A DNA stretch of 64,000 nt from Mobula hypostoma (lineage: Eukaryota). The translations under genes were made by a program, and so were the position numbers. Below are positions 39,787 to 51,885 of the stretch, one piece after another. The stretch spans positions 18,106,001-18,170,000 of the forward strand of contig NC_086118.1 of NCBI RefSeq assembly GCF_963921235.1, written 5' to 3'. The notes under the pieces are model-generated. The model ran no database searches and was not told the DNA's origin. It saw nothing but the letters and a program-made list of their open reading frames with translations. Within the stretch, counting starts at the first letter, position 1. Each line of letters starts with the position of its first letter.

Positions 39787-41563
39787 CTCATCTTCTAATT
39801 GTCCACTAAATACCAAAGGTCCTCAAATACAGAAATCGGAAACACAGGTCCACCCAGCTTACAGCAGGGTTACTTTTTAAAATACTGTTCATGGCCTAAA
39901 TAGTTGGCAAGTCAAAAATGTGGCTGTGAACCGAATTCCCACCCAGCCATAGAAGTTTGCACCCCTGCATCAAATCAAATTTAATTGTCATTCAAAGCAT
40001 ATGTGGATACAGCCGAACAAGACGGTGTTCCTCTGGGGTCAAGGTGCAAAAGCATAAATGCGTATTATAATAACAAGAATATGGAGAAGATGAACATAGT
40101 CACATAAGAAAACATATTTTGAGTCCAGGGCCCTGAGTAACGAGTCCTGCAAATTGATGGTTCACTGCAGGTCAGCCTGTAATACCACCAATCCAACACT
40201 GGAGGGCAGAGCAACTGGAGAGGCCACCCTCCATTGCGCACAGATCAGCTGACAAATCTATCCCATTACTCCCCCAAATACGTGCAGAGGCTGTACATGT
40301 TTGACCATTCTTAAACTGCAGAGGACCTACATGCTGATCTAAATACCTTATCTACCTCAGGGTTACCATTTGTGGGACCAGGCTTCAGTCCCTCGCTTTA
40401 TAGGTTGGTGAATTTTTAAATATCTCTTTATCTCTTTTGATCCTTAAACAGACATCTGAATGAAAAATAAAGTTGCTAAAATGGCAACAAATCAAAGCTG
40501 AAGTAACTGGGAAAAAATAATACCTAACCCCAGGAAGCAATTGAAATTACTTTTCTGAGGATATTAAGTTGTAAGAATAATGTAAATTCATGTTTAGCTT
40601 TCTCCATTGTATTCAAATTTACTTCCATTGAGGCTTTGTGTGGATAGTGAAAAAATTTTTGACAATGTGCCCAGAACAATTTTTGCTGAGCAATAAGTAC
40701 TTCAAGCCACTTCCTGCCCTCCTTAAGTAAGGTAGGATGAGTTTGATTATAAATCAAGCAGCCATTTTATTCATTCATCATTACTGAATGGAATATTTTT
40801 TATTGTAATTTAATTCCCAGTCTAATGTCTTTAATTATTTCTCCTGATGAATTATTGCCCTGGGCATCTTAATGTGGAAGATAAAATAATAGTATTGTTT
40901 TTCTGTTCAGGCAAACGCGAAGCCATCCAATGAATGTAATCAGTTACAACCAAGAGGGAGCTTTGTTCTCATTAACAGTGAGATGATTGACAACTAAAGT
41001 GATATCTGAGCAATAATAAAATACAATTCCTATTTCGCTGGCAATACCTGCCATAGCTTCACTGTCCTGTTCACTTAAAAGGGTTGCCTAACTCTTAATT
41101 CATTGCGGCTTATAGTGAGTAAAGTTTGCCTTCTCAGTTCCTAAAAGTTCGGTATATTATCCTGATATGAAAAGATCTCAAAAGGTAAGCATTTTTATTT
41201 GCAAAGCAATTCTATTACTCAAGAAATTCAGTAGAAATATTGGTGAAGACTTTGGGAGAAAACTCCTTTTTCTTCTCACAAATGCTTCTCCCAGATCTGA
41301 GATGGTGCCTGGTTCTTGGTGTAACATTAAGTTTCAGTCAGACAGCATATGAGAGCATCAACCTACCTTTTATACCCGACTCTCCACAATGATCCTGAAA
41401 CCCATCACTTGGGCTCAGGTTGAAAGTTTGCTACCAAATTTAAGCCATCATTAAGATGAAGAGGCCCTGTCTATTGAGTATCTAGCTGCTCTGCGAAGTA
41501 AAAGGCAAATGGAAATGCGATGGTATGAAAATGTTTTAGCAGAATATACAATATATCTAATAT

Positions 41564-42312
41564 GAACATAGAAAATTACAGCACAGGACAAGCCTTTTGC
41601 CCTAACATATTCTACCTATCTTTTAACCTACTCTAAGATCAATCTAACCCTTCCCTCCTACATAGCCCTCCATTTTACTATCATTTGTGTGCCTATCTAA
41701 GAGTTTCTTAAATGTCCTTAATGTATCTCTCTCAACCACCACCCCTGGCAGGGCATTCTACACACCCACCACTCTCTGTGTAAAGAAAAAAATAGCGTTG
41801 ACATCTCCCCCATGCTTTCCTTCAATCACTTTAGCATTATGCCCTCTCATTTTAGGCATATCCACCCTAGGAAAAAGTGCTGGCTGTCCCATTCTATCAA
41901 TGGTTCTTTTCAACTTACACACCTCTATCAAGTCACCTCTCATCCCCCTTTGTTCCAGAGAGGGCTTTGCTCCATAACTTGCTCAACCAATCCTCGTAAG
42001 ACTTGCACTCCAATCTAGGCAGCATCCTGGTAATTCTCCTCTATACCCTCTCTAAAGATTCCACATTGTTCCTATAATGAGGCTACCAGAGCTGAATGCG
42101 ATATTCCAAGTGAGGTCTAACCAGGATTTTATAAAGCAGCAACATTACCTCGTGGCTCTTGAACTCAGTCTCCCAGTTCATGAAGCCCAACCCACTAAAC
42201 GTATTATCAACTTGGCAGTAACTTTCAGCGATCTATGAAGGTGGATTTCAAGATTCCTTTGCTCCTCCACACTGCTAAGAATCCTGCCATTGATCCTGCA
42301 TTCTGCCTTCTG
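41564..42312 (-). mobile_element. CR1 3' fragment
   Basis: ORF 41758-41943 MRGDLIEV..RGHN..FFTQRVVGV; tail aacatagaaa. Confidence 0.8.
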
Positions 42313-42667
42313 TATAATCTCAAGGCACATTTATTATCAAAGTATGTAAGCAGCATACAACTATAAGATGTGTCTTCTCCAGACAGCCATGAAGCAAAGA
42401 AAACCATGAAAGCCATTCAAAGATAAACATCAACCTCTTCCACACGCAAAAAAATTGTGAAAATGGCAGCAAGAACATTAACACCCCCCCCCGCTAACTT
42501 GAAGTACAAATCAATCAGCAGTTTTCTCAGTGTATTACCTGCTCAGTTAGTAAATTTTGCACAAAATTCTTCATCACAAAGATTAGTCTATAAATACTTG
42601 TGGACCCTAATATGTATGCTGGAAGGGCACAGAGTGGGATGTCAAATTGAAAGTCGATTTTATTGTC

Positions 42668-42790
42668 GTGGTTAAGGGTTGAAATACTCTGTGGTGGTTG
42701 GGAACCACCTGATGACATCTGCTCCTGGCTGAAGGCTACGGTTACCTTATAAGGTAACTGGAGAATGCACCCTAACAGGTGTATGTAACA
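42668..42790 (+). repeat. 5' direct repeat of the HERO-type element
   Basis: Ungapped match to 48349-48471 with a few substitutions. Confidence 0.95.
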
Positions 42791-44273
42791 AGTAATCTCT
42801 GGTTTGTACCAGTGGCTTCCAGGAAAGACTGGATGGCAACCGAGGAAGGTTGGTGACACCGGAGAGACAGCTAACCTCCAGGAAAGACTGGCACGGGCTC
42901 ACAAGGCTAGCAACCTTGTGGACAGCACTCACAAGAGGGTACCACGCAAGCTACGATTGAACACGAAGAGCAATATCCCCAGAGTCTCCCGAGAAGGGGG
43001 GAGGATGAGAGACTCAACGAGACGGTCATACCAGCAATGGCCAGGACAGGAAACACGACTACGAGGATACGAGGAAGCTAAAGCAAACAACACTAACCAA
43101 AGAGGAATTCACAGTAAGGCGTCATTGCGGGAAAGTCTGCAAAAACATCAGAGGGCTCAAGCAGGTCTAGAGCAGGTCTAGTTGTGGATTAATGGTGACC
43201 CAAGTGCAGCGCACGGACTTAGTATCCGGTGAGATGAAGGAGAATTCCAGCCAGGAAGCACCCCACAGAGCTGAAGATCTCTCCACACTTGAGTCACCTT
43301 AGTACTGAACAATAGACCTAGTGAGTCCCTCTTCGGTTACCCCAATCCATTCATCAAGGAAAGACAGGATCAAATGGCCTAGATCATCAGACAACGTGGC
43401 CTGGATGCAGTTCGATGATGATCTAGACGGCATCCTGGAATGTGCCTTAGCAGGTCCAGTACACAGACAGATCGACTCACTCACAGCCATAGTGTACAAT
43501 CTAGCTAAGGAATGATTTGGCCCAATGGAGCAGAGAAGCCTGCCCGAGTTACTGCGGCAACCAAATAGGAGGGAAAGGGAGGTTCGTTGCTTGAGAGGCA
43601 AATTAAAGATGCTCAACAAGAGGTTTAAAACCAGCTCACTGGCCGAAAAAGAAGGTATCAAGGACTTAACCAGTATGCTGCAGGAAAAGCTGTGCAAACT
43701 CAGGAAGGCGGAACATCTGCGACAGCAAAGAAGGAAGAAAGAGAAAAGGCGAGCGCAGTTTGTGAGAGATCCATTCAGCTTCACCAGGACTCTTCTCAGC
43801 CAACAAAAATCTGGTCTACTATCCAGCTCAAAGCCAGAGGTAGAGGAGTTCCTGCGGGAGGCACACAACGACCCATGGAGGGGTCAGGGACTAGGAACCA
43901 ATCGGGCAGTGCGTAGACCGGAAAAACCATCAATCGAGCTGAATGTGAAGGAGCCTACATAGCAGGAAATCCAGGACATCATCCGGAAAGCTAAAGCATC
44001 AGCTGCACCAGGCCCAAGTGGCATACCTTATAAGGTGTATAAGAAATGCCCAAAACTTCTTCGGAGGCTGTGGAAGGTCATGAGAAAGATCTGGGCCAAA
44101 GGTACTATTTCATCAAGTTGGAAATTGGCAGAGGGATGCTTTATTCCAAAGGAAGAGGATTCTTCCACAGTTGCCCAGTTTAGGACAATTTCTCTCCTGG
44201 ATGTGGAATGTAAGGTTTTCTTTTCTGTGTTCGCAAGAAGGCTGACTTCTTACATGACGCAGAACCGCTATGT

Positions 44274-46231
44274 CAGGGGTCCCCAACCTTTATTGCACCG
44301 CGGACCTGTTTAATATTGACAATATGCTTTCAGACAGGCGGAGGGGGGTGGTGTTAATCACGACCGGAATATAGGTGATAAGTCAACTATAAGTCACTTA
44401 TCAGTGGCTAATACACTCAATTTTGTTTCTAAAAGGGTTTATCCAAGTAATTTAATATTAAACACACAGTGCATATTTTCCTCGCATGAATAGTGATAAG
44501 TCAATTATAAGTCATAAAGGGGGTTCCTTATGTCCAGTCTATTCCACAATTTAGTTTTCATTGCATTCATTGCAGAAAACTCCGCTTCGCAGAGATATGA
44601 CGTTGGAAATGGAAGCAACGTTTTCAGTGCTTTCATGGTTATCTCAGGATATTCAGCCTTGACTTTGATCCAGAATGCCGGCAGAGATGTTATGTCAAAC
44701 ATACTCTTCAGCCTACCGTCATTTGCAAGCTCGAGGAGTTGATCTTCTTCCCGCGCTGACATGGATGGTTCACTGGGGACATTCGCAGATGGGTCACGGA
44801 CCCCTTCCTTTGTACGTCTTGGGTCATTGGGTCTTGGGAAGTAACGCTCGAATTCTGTTGACAGCGAAGATAGGTGTTCGCGCACCAGCTGTGAGCCTCA
44901 GTCTCTCCCAAATTCCCAGCTAATGTTGGGAACATGTCATATATGTCCCTGTCCACTCGCCGTCCCCACAGTTCCAGTTTGGCTGTGAAAGCAGACACTT
45001 TATCTGCCAACTTGAAGACAGTTGTCATTCTCCCCTGAAGTGACAAATTGAGTTCATTGAGCAGGTTGAAGATGTCACACAGATAAGCGAGTTTTGCTGT
45101 CCACTCCTCATCACTGAAGTGTGCTGCCAGTGGTGACTTTTTTCCTGAAAGAAATCTTTGTTGCTGCTCTCTTAACTCAAAAACCCTGGCCAGGGCTCTC
45201 CCCCTTGATAGCCACCTGACTTCAGTGTGTAAGGGAAGGCGTCTGTGGTCTGCATCCATTTCCTCGCAAAGCTGCTCAAACAGACATGAGTTAAGGGCTT
45301 TTGCTTTGATGTGTTTGATAACTTCAGCAATGTCACTCAATACGCTGTTAAGATCAGGTGACATTTTTCGGCTAGCCAACATTTCCCTGTGTGTGACACA
45401 GTGTGTAGACTGACGTTCAGGAGCAACCTCCTTGACTTGGATAGTGAAACCGGCCTTGTTAAGCTGTTCCAACAGCTGTGCTTCGATGTCCTCCGCTATG
45501 TCATCAATTCTGCTTGAAACTGTGGTAGCTGAAAGAGAAACCTGTGCCATCTTGTTAGCTGCAGCTTTTCCCAACAGTTCACGGTACATGTCCTTGGCAG
45601 CAGGCAGAATCAATTCTTCACCAACAGTGAAAGGCTTCTTAGCCTTAGCAATACGGCTAGCCACTAAGTACGATGCTGTCAGAGCAGCAGCATTTGTGGA
45701 GGTGGTGGTTCTCAGCACTTGCTTCTGTCCCGTTTGCTCACGCTTTTTCCGCTCAAAAAACTCACAGGTTTGTCTTTAAGTGCTTGGACTCAAGGTTCCG
45801 AAGCAGTTTTGAGGGCTTCATTGCCTCATTAGATAGCTTGTCTCCACATATCACGCACAGGGGGCTTGGAGCTTGTGAGTCACCGTTCGCAAAAAAGCCA
45901 TATTTTATGTACGACTCGTCGTATTTTCTGTTGAAGGAAGCTTTATTTTTTTTTGCAGTCTCGGCCTCAGCTGTCTCTGTGTTATCATCATCGTTAGGCC
46001 TTTTATGTCCCCTACCATCTCTTCCAAAGAAACTCTCAAGCGACATTTGTTTTTTACTCATCGAGTAGTTGTAGGTTAATGACCGACTGATGTTCTCGCG
46101 TGGGTAATGACCTCGCATACATCCAAGTTCAACAGTGCGTGACTGAGAATGAGGAAAGGTGCGGTTGATTCATATCGTTTCCTCACGGCCCGGTAGCACA
46201 TGCTTTGCGGCCCAGTGGTTGGGGACCACTG
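44274..46231 (-). mobile_element. hAT Buster/Charlie-type transposon (ZBED5/SCAND3-like transposase), internally deleted
   Basis: TIRs CAGGGGTCCCCAACC and GGTTGGGGACCACTG; BED finger (CVICG..LSNEAMKPSKL..H), HCVTHREMLA, HTEVRWLSRG, LAYLCDIF, PFPTSYLCEAEFS; degenerate 8-bp TSD cgctatgt/cactctat. Confidence 0.92.
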
Positions 46232-48332
46232 CACTCTATCAACACATCCATCCAGAAAGGCAGTATTCCAGTCTTTTCAGGGTGTCTGGAACACACCTCA
46301 ATGATTAGCCACTTGATCCATGAGGCCGAGCAGAAAAAAGGCGACCTAACAGTTGTCTGGTTAGAGCTCGCGAACGCCTACGGGTCTATTCTACATGACC
46401 TCATCCTAGAAGGACTTGACCACTACTACATCCCAGTGGCTATTCGAGACATGATCACCAGCTACCTAGGAGGATTCAAACTCAGATTTACATCAGCCCA
46501 TTTCACAACTGGTTGGCAGGACCTCCAGAAGGGGATTCCAACAGGGTGCACAATCTCCCCCACCCTATTAGTTATGGGAATGAACCTCCTGTTATCAGCA
46601 GCAGAAGGTGTAACCCACGGCCCAACGCTGGAGTCAGGTATTGTTCAGCTGGCTCTACGAGGGTTCATGGATGACATCACTTTAACAACTGTGTCACATG
46701 TCCAAGCAAGATGGGTATTGGAAACCCTGGACAATGTAGCCACTTGGGCGAGGATGTCCTTCAAGGTCAAGAAGTCCAGGTATATGGTGATCAGAAAGGG
46801 CAAAGTTACTAGCAGGTTTAGCATCAAGTTCAGGGTGAGGTCATCCCTTCCATCGACGAGAACCCGACAAAATCCTTGGGGAAGTGGTTTAATGTGTCAC
46901 TGACAGATGGGGCCAATGTCACCAATGCTGTGAAGCAGACAGACGAATCCCTGAAGAAGATCGACAAATCCAGACTTCCAGCTAAGTTCAAGACCTGGCT
47001 GTACCAATACGGCCTTCTGCCCAGGCTTCGCTGGCTCTTCACACTTTATGAGTTCCCCATGACTGTCGTAGAGGGCATCGAGAGGAAAACCAACAAACAC
47101 CTGCGGAGATGGTTGGGAGCTCCCCCAAACTTCTCTTCAGTGGGCTTCTATATTCCATCTGGGCAACTGCAGCTTCCCCTGTCATCTGTTGTAGAGGAAT
47201 TCAAGGTGGCAAAATGCAGAGCCTTATTAAGCTTGAGAGATTCCAATGACGTCTTGGTAAAGCAAGCAGGCATTACAACCAGATCTGGGTGCAAGTGGGC
47301 AGCTAATGCAGCTGTGGAGCAGGCAGTGTGTTCTCTGAAGATGCGAGATATCATCGGCAACCCCTGCGTCGGGCGGCAAGACCTCGGCTCAGTTCACTTC
47401 CAGCAGTGGGGAAACGCAAGCATAAGGGACAGGTGAGACATGATACAGGCAGAAGTACGGATCCATGAGGGAGAGAAGCGGATGTCAAAGGCAGTGGAAC
47501 AAGGGTCCCAGGGTGCCTGGACAAAATGGGATCTGCCCAAGCGCAGGATCTCATGGGCAGAGTTATGGAGACTGGAGCCCTTCCACATTTCCTTCCTCTT
47601 GTAATCCGTGTATGACACCCTTCCTTCACCATTACATCTGTACACATGGGGGATGAGAGAGGACCCAAACTGTAAGCTCTGTGGTCAAAGGGGATACTGA
47701 CTCATATACTGTCTGGATGTAAAACAGCTCTAACTCAAGGACGGTATAGGTGGTGCCATGATAAGATGCTTCTGGCTCTTGCTGACACACTAGAGCGGAA
47801 GAGATGCAAGAAGAGGACGGCTGGCACAGATTTGAGGAAGGCCATCACCTTCATCAAAGAGGGAGCTAGGCCTTTCATAACCAAACAACCAAAGCCCAAT
47901 CTGCTACTAACGGCCAGGTCCTGGGAGATGAGGGTCAATGTGGGAAGGAGGTTGCAGTTCCCGGATGTGGTGCACACAACCCATCGTCCAGACATTGTAC
48001 TGTGGTCAACCGAAGACAAGAAAATAATTCTGGTTGAGCTGACTGTGCCGTGGGAGGAGGGATGGGAAGAGGCCCATGAGAGAAAGGTCTTGAAGTACCA
48101 GCTCTTAGCGCAGGAGTGTAATGGCAGGCATGGTTGTTCCCTGTGGAGATTGGCTGCAGAGGTTTCCCAGACAAATCAGCTCTGGGCCTGGATGAAAGGA
48201 GCAAAAAACAAGCAGCTCATAGGATGGGGGAAGAGGCAGAACTAGCCTCTTGTTGGATTTGGAGTAGGCGAGAGGAGGGAAGCTGGAAGCCAGGAGCAGA
48301 TGGGCAGTGATTTGGCCACCACTGCCGGCCCA

Positions 48333-48401
48333 CCAACTGGTGAGTGTCGTGGTTAAGGGTCAAAACACTCCGTCAAGGTTGGGAACCACCTGATGACATC
48401 T
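48333..48401 (+). ncRNA. Candidate rearranged (non-circularly permuted) hammerhead ribozyme in the HERO 3' UTR
   Basis: GAGTGT-C-GTGGTT...[G>A]AA-ACACTC...AACCAC-CTGATGA: stem III GAGTGT/ACACTC and stem I GTGGTT/AACCAC are perfect; stem II is weak. Confidence 0.65.
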
Positions 48402-48471
48402 GCTCCTGGCTGAAGGTTACGGTTACCTTATAAGGTATCTGGAGAATGCACCCTAACAGGTGTATGTAACA
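48349..48471 (+). repeat. 3' direct repeat of the HERO-type element
   Basis: Ungapped match to 42668-42790. Confidence 0.95.
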
Positions 48472-51400
48472 GGACAAGTCATATACATGTGTATGCACAG
48501 GCGCAATGAAAAACTTAGTTACAGCAGCATCACAGCACATCACGTTTGATCTAAAACCTTCAAGAGAAAAATATAAATGATATAAGAAAGAATACAATTA
48601 GAACAATGGCCATATTGTGATGGGTCTGGTTGTAAATCTGTAGTGGATCTGGATAGGAGGGAAACCACACATCTGTGGCATGAGGAATCAGCGATGGACA
48701 TTTTCAGTAAGGGGGAATCACGCATGGAGGGGATACACTGGGTCATTGCAGTGCATAGGAGGCCAAGAAGATTAAAGTAAGCTATGGACCAACTTGACGG
48801 GCATCTTTGTTTTAGTAATAATTACTCATTATCTCAGAATGCCCAGAAATGTAAATCACATCAGGGGCACAGTTGACTGAATCCTACTAAATTTTCTTTT
48901 ATACAACACAACCTAGGAATAGCTGTTATCATCTTCAATGTGAGGAAAAACATCAAAATATGATGCTGAAAAAGTTACCAATGTATAACTCTGTTCCTGA
49001 GCTTCTGTGAAATAGGCAGACCATCATAAGGGACAGAAATAATGAGTTTGCACCTTGGGTTGTCGAAATGCTTTTAGATTCAGATGCTAGAGTTTCACAG
49101 GCAGACAATGTCATTATAACTTTACGTTTCTTAAATAAGGTTGCCTCATGGTGGGACACAGTGAAAAATTCTGTGACAGCCATGAAATGCAGCTGCTTTT
49201 GAAGTCTGCAGTGAACGCAACTGAACCTGAACTTAAGAGATATTTTCAATGCTAATTCAACAGATTCCAATACAAATCATAAACATTGACGTCATTTGCA
49301 GTAGTGCTTTGAACCTCTCTGGAGCATCTACGTTCATAAACTTAGTTAAGATTGATTAAGTCCCAGCTTTTGATGATGGGTCAACGTTGCCATGGAGAAA
49401 CCCTACATGCATGACTTTGGAATAGAGCTGCAAGAGCTTTCTTTTCTTCACGTTGTCAGTAGAACATAAGAAATGGGGGCATCAGAAAACCACACAGCCT
49501 TCAATTTTGGTCTGTCATTAAGCAAGAACATGCCTGAGGTTCTGCAGTTCCCTACAGTAGCCTTTCATTCTCTGACTGCTAAGTTTTCTTCATCTCAATC
49601 CTGTTGCTATATACTTTGCATCAAAGGCAAGGGATTCTGAACATCTATAAGGGCAGTTCTTCTAAGAAATTTTGTACATTTCAATGAATGTAATTTCATT
49701 CTACCTAATCCTTCCAGAAAGGATAGCCCTGCTATTCCAGAACTGAATCCACTAAAGCCGCTCAGGGCAAGCACTTCCAGATAGGATCTCAAAGAAAAAC
49801 CATAAATGCTTGCAGCAAAGATACAGTGTGTTCTTAAAGTGAAACTCCTTTACAAAAAGGTCTAAAATGACATGGCTTAGAAAATCGATACTTTAATGTC
49901 GAACATTTCTTTTCACTCCAAAAGTTCAAATGAGCTCTTCCAAATGTGAGTCTTGTACATTTGATGTCATTTCCATATCAGATATATATCAAATTAAGTC
50001 AATCCCCTGATCATGTTGCCTGGGGAATTAGACCACGTTGTTCTGAGAAGCAACTTCTGTGCACTTGTTTTGGTTAAATCGTGCATTTGTTAGCCACACC
50101 AAACGTCTATTTTAGGCTCTCTTCTTGACCCAGAAGTGCCACCTCCACTGTTCTCACCAGACCACTTACTGTTCTCAGGACCTATCAGCCCAGGCAGGAC
50201 TCCTCTGAGCACTCTGACAGCCCTCTTTCCCTGCCATTCAGCAGTCCCCCGAACTACCTAATGAGCTCCTTGACTGCCATTCCAACACCCAGAAGGTGCT
50301 AAGCACCATTCACGTTGCTAGTGTTGGCAACCCATTTCACCCCTTTCTCCTTCTGCTTGGGTCCCAATTAGTGCTTTGACCTCTGGTCCTTTCTCTCTAA
50401 CAGTCAAAGCTCCCTGACTCCCAGACCAGCCATTTGTCTGGGACAAAGAATTTATTTTATGTGCTCAGCGTGATACTTAGATTTTCTGCAGAACAACCAT
50501 ATAATGTGATTTTTACTGAGAATAACCCTATCACTTTCAAAAATCCATGCCAGCAGCAGTTAACACCAGCCACTTCACCTATAGCCATTTTCCTAGGTGT
50601 TGTGCTTGTGATCAATTGGAGAGAAAATTACTGGAATTTCCATAACTGTCTGGAGTTTCCATGACTGAATATCAAGATTGTATAATATATACATACTTTG
50701 ATAATAAATGTACAAGTATACAAATGTAATAATGTACAAATGTATAATAAAAATAACTTCGTGCAAGACCCACTACAGTGGTACAGACAGGCTTCATGAT
50801 AGTCATCTGAGCTCACATGACTGCGCTCTGAACTTGCAATGAATGACACTCATGAGTGAGTTTTTACTGCAGAACTCATTCACAATGAGTGGTATAAGCT
50901 GCTTCTGTTCATATCATCATTATTCTGTGCCATGCTGTACAATGTGGGCGATCATGGTCTTCCCATAACCACGATTGTTCTTGGCAAGTTTTTCACCAGA
51001 AGTGGTGTGCCATTGCCTTCTTCTGGGCAGTGTCTTTATAAGACAGGAGACGCTAGCCACTGTCGATACTTTTCAGAGATTGCCTGGCGTCAGTGCTCAT
51101 ATAGTCAGGAATTATGATATGCATCAGTTTCTCATACAACATCCACCACCTGCTTCCATGGCTTCTCGTGACCCTGTTTGTACCATCAGAATAGAAATGA
51201 TCGGTCAGCTCAAAGCTCTATACTGAGTTGGCATTGGATGTTTCTATGTTCCTTGACACTAAGCAAAAGCTATCTGATGAAGTGTCTCAACCACATCCTG
51301 GACTCTTTATTCCCCTCCAGAGATGCTGCCTGACGTTGTGAGTTCCACCATTTAAAGAGTGTTGCACAAGATTTCTGGCAGGCTTCCAAATGTAGCAGCC

Positions 51401-51809
51401 ATTCTGTTGTATTCACTGAGTCTCCTTCCATACCCAGACTCATTGAAATTTAAAGAACCTTTGTAGTTTTGCTGGTACAAGCTGGTATTTATGCTCTGCT
51501 CGTTCCCTCTACTGGTTACAATGCATGCAGATGACAACTTCTGTCCATTCTACAGAATACATGTAATGTCAGTACTGGAACTGGTTGTTTAGCATTTGAA
51601 ATCAAATATACAGTAGTTGCATCTTCATTTTTACTCCGTAATTGGTTTGATTCCACTTCCTGTCAGATTATACAGTATGTTTCAGGTGCGTGAATGGATA
51701 AGAACATCAGGTTCTGATGAAAGGCAGGGATTGGAGGGGACATTGACATCATCTCAAGCTTATAAAATGCAGGAGATTGTGGGTGGAAGAGGAAAATGAG
51801 TGGATTGTA

Positions 51810-51885
51810 GCAACATACATCAAAGTTGCTGGTGAACACAGCAGGCCAAGCAGCATCTATAGGAAGAGGCGCAGTCGACGTTTCA
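51810..51885 (-). mobile_element. Isolated Penelope pseudo-LTR fragment; a more decayed + copy lies at about 51273-51350
   Basis: Near-identical to 35527-35598, ending at gtcgacgtttc (half of the hammerhead). Confidence 0.75.

Larger units (their letters stand above)
42668..48477 (+). mobile_element. HERO-type non-LTR retrotransposon (RT plus restriction-like endonuclease) with 123-bp terminal direct repeats; interrupted by a hAT
   Basis: Disrupted ORF about 42950-48310: APGPSG, FRTISLL, QKG..GCLEH, WLELANAYGSI, GCTISP, GFMDD (46661-46675), CxxC..H....C knuckle (47671-47720), RPDIVLWS..ILVELTVPWEE. Host repeat ttattgtc|atatac is split with GTC duplicated. Confidence 0.88.

Noticed and set aside
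42694..42715. Conventional type II hammerhead using the local GTGGTT-GGG-AACCAC hairpin in the 5' repeat
   Set aside because: The triplet before the hairpin is GTG (not NUH), stem III would be marginal, and the hairpin is not conserved in the 3' copy.
44505..46118. Domesticated host gene (ZBED5/SCAND3/FAM200-like)
   Set aside because: Frameshifted, internally deleted, bounded by TIRs and nested inside another transposon.
42668..48471. LTR retrotransposon or endogenous retrovirus suggested by the direct repeats
   Set aside because: The interior encodes a non-LTR RT with a CCHC knuckle and PD-type endonuclease; no gag, protease, RNase H or integrase, and no evident PBS or PPT.
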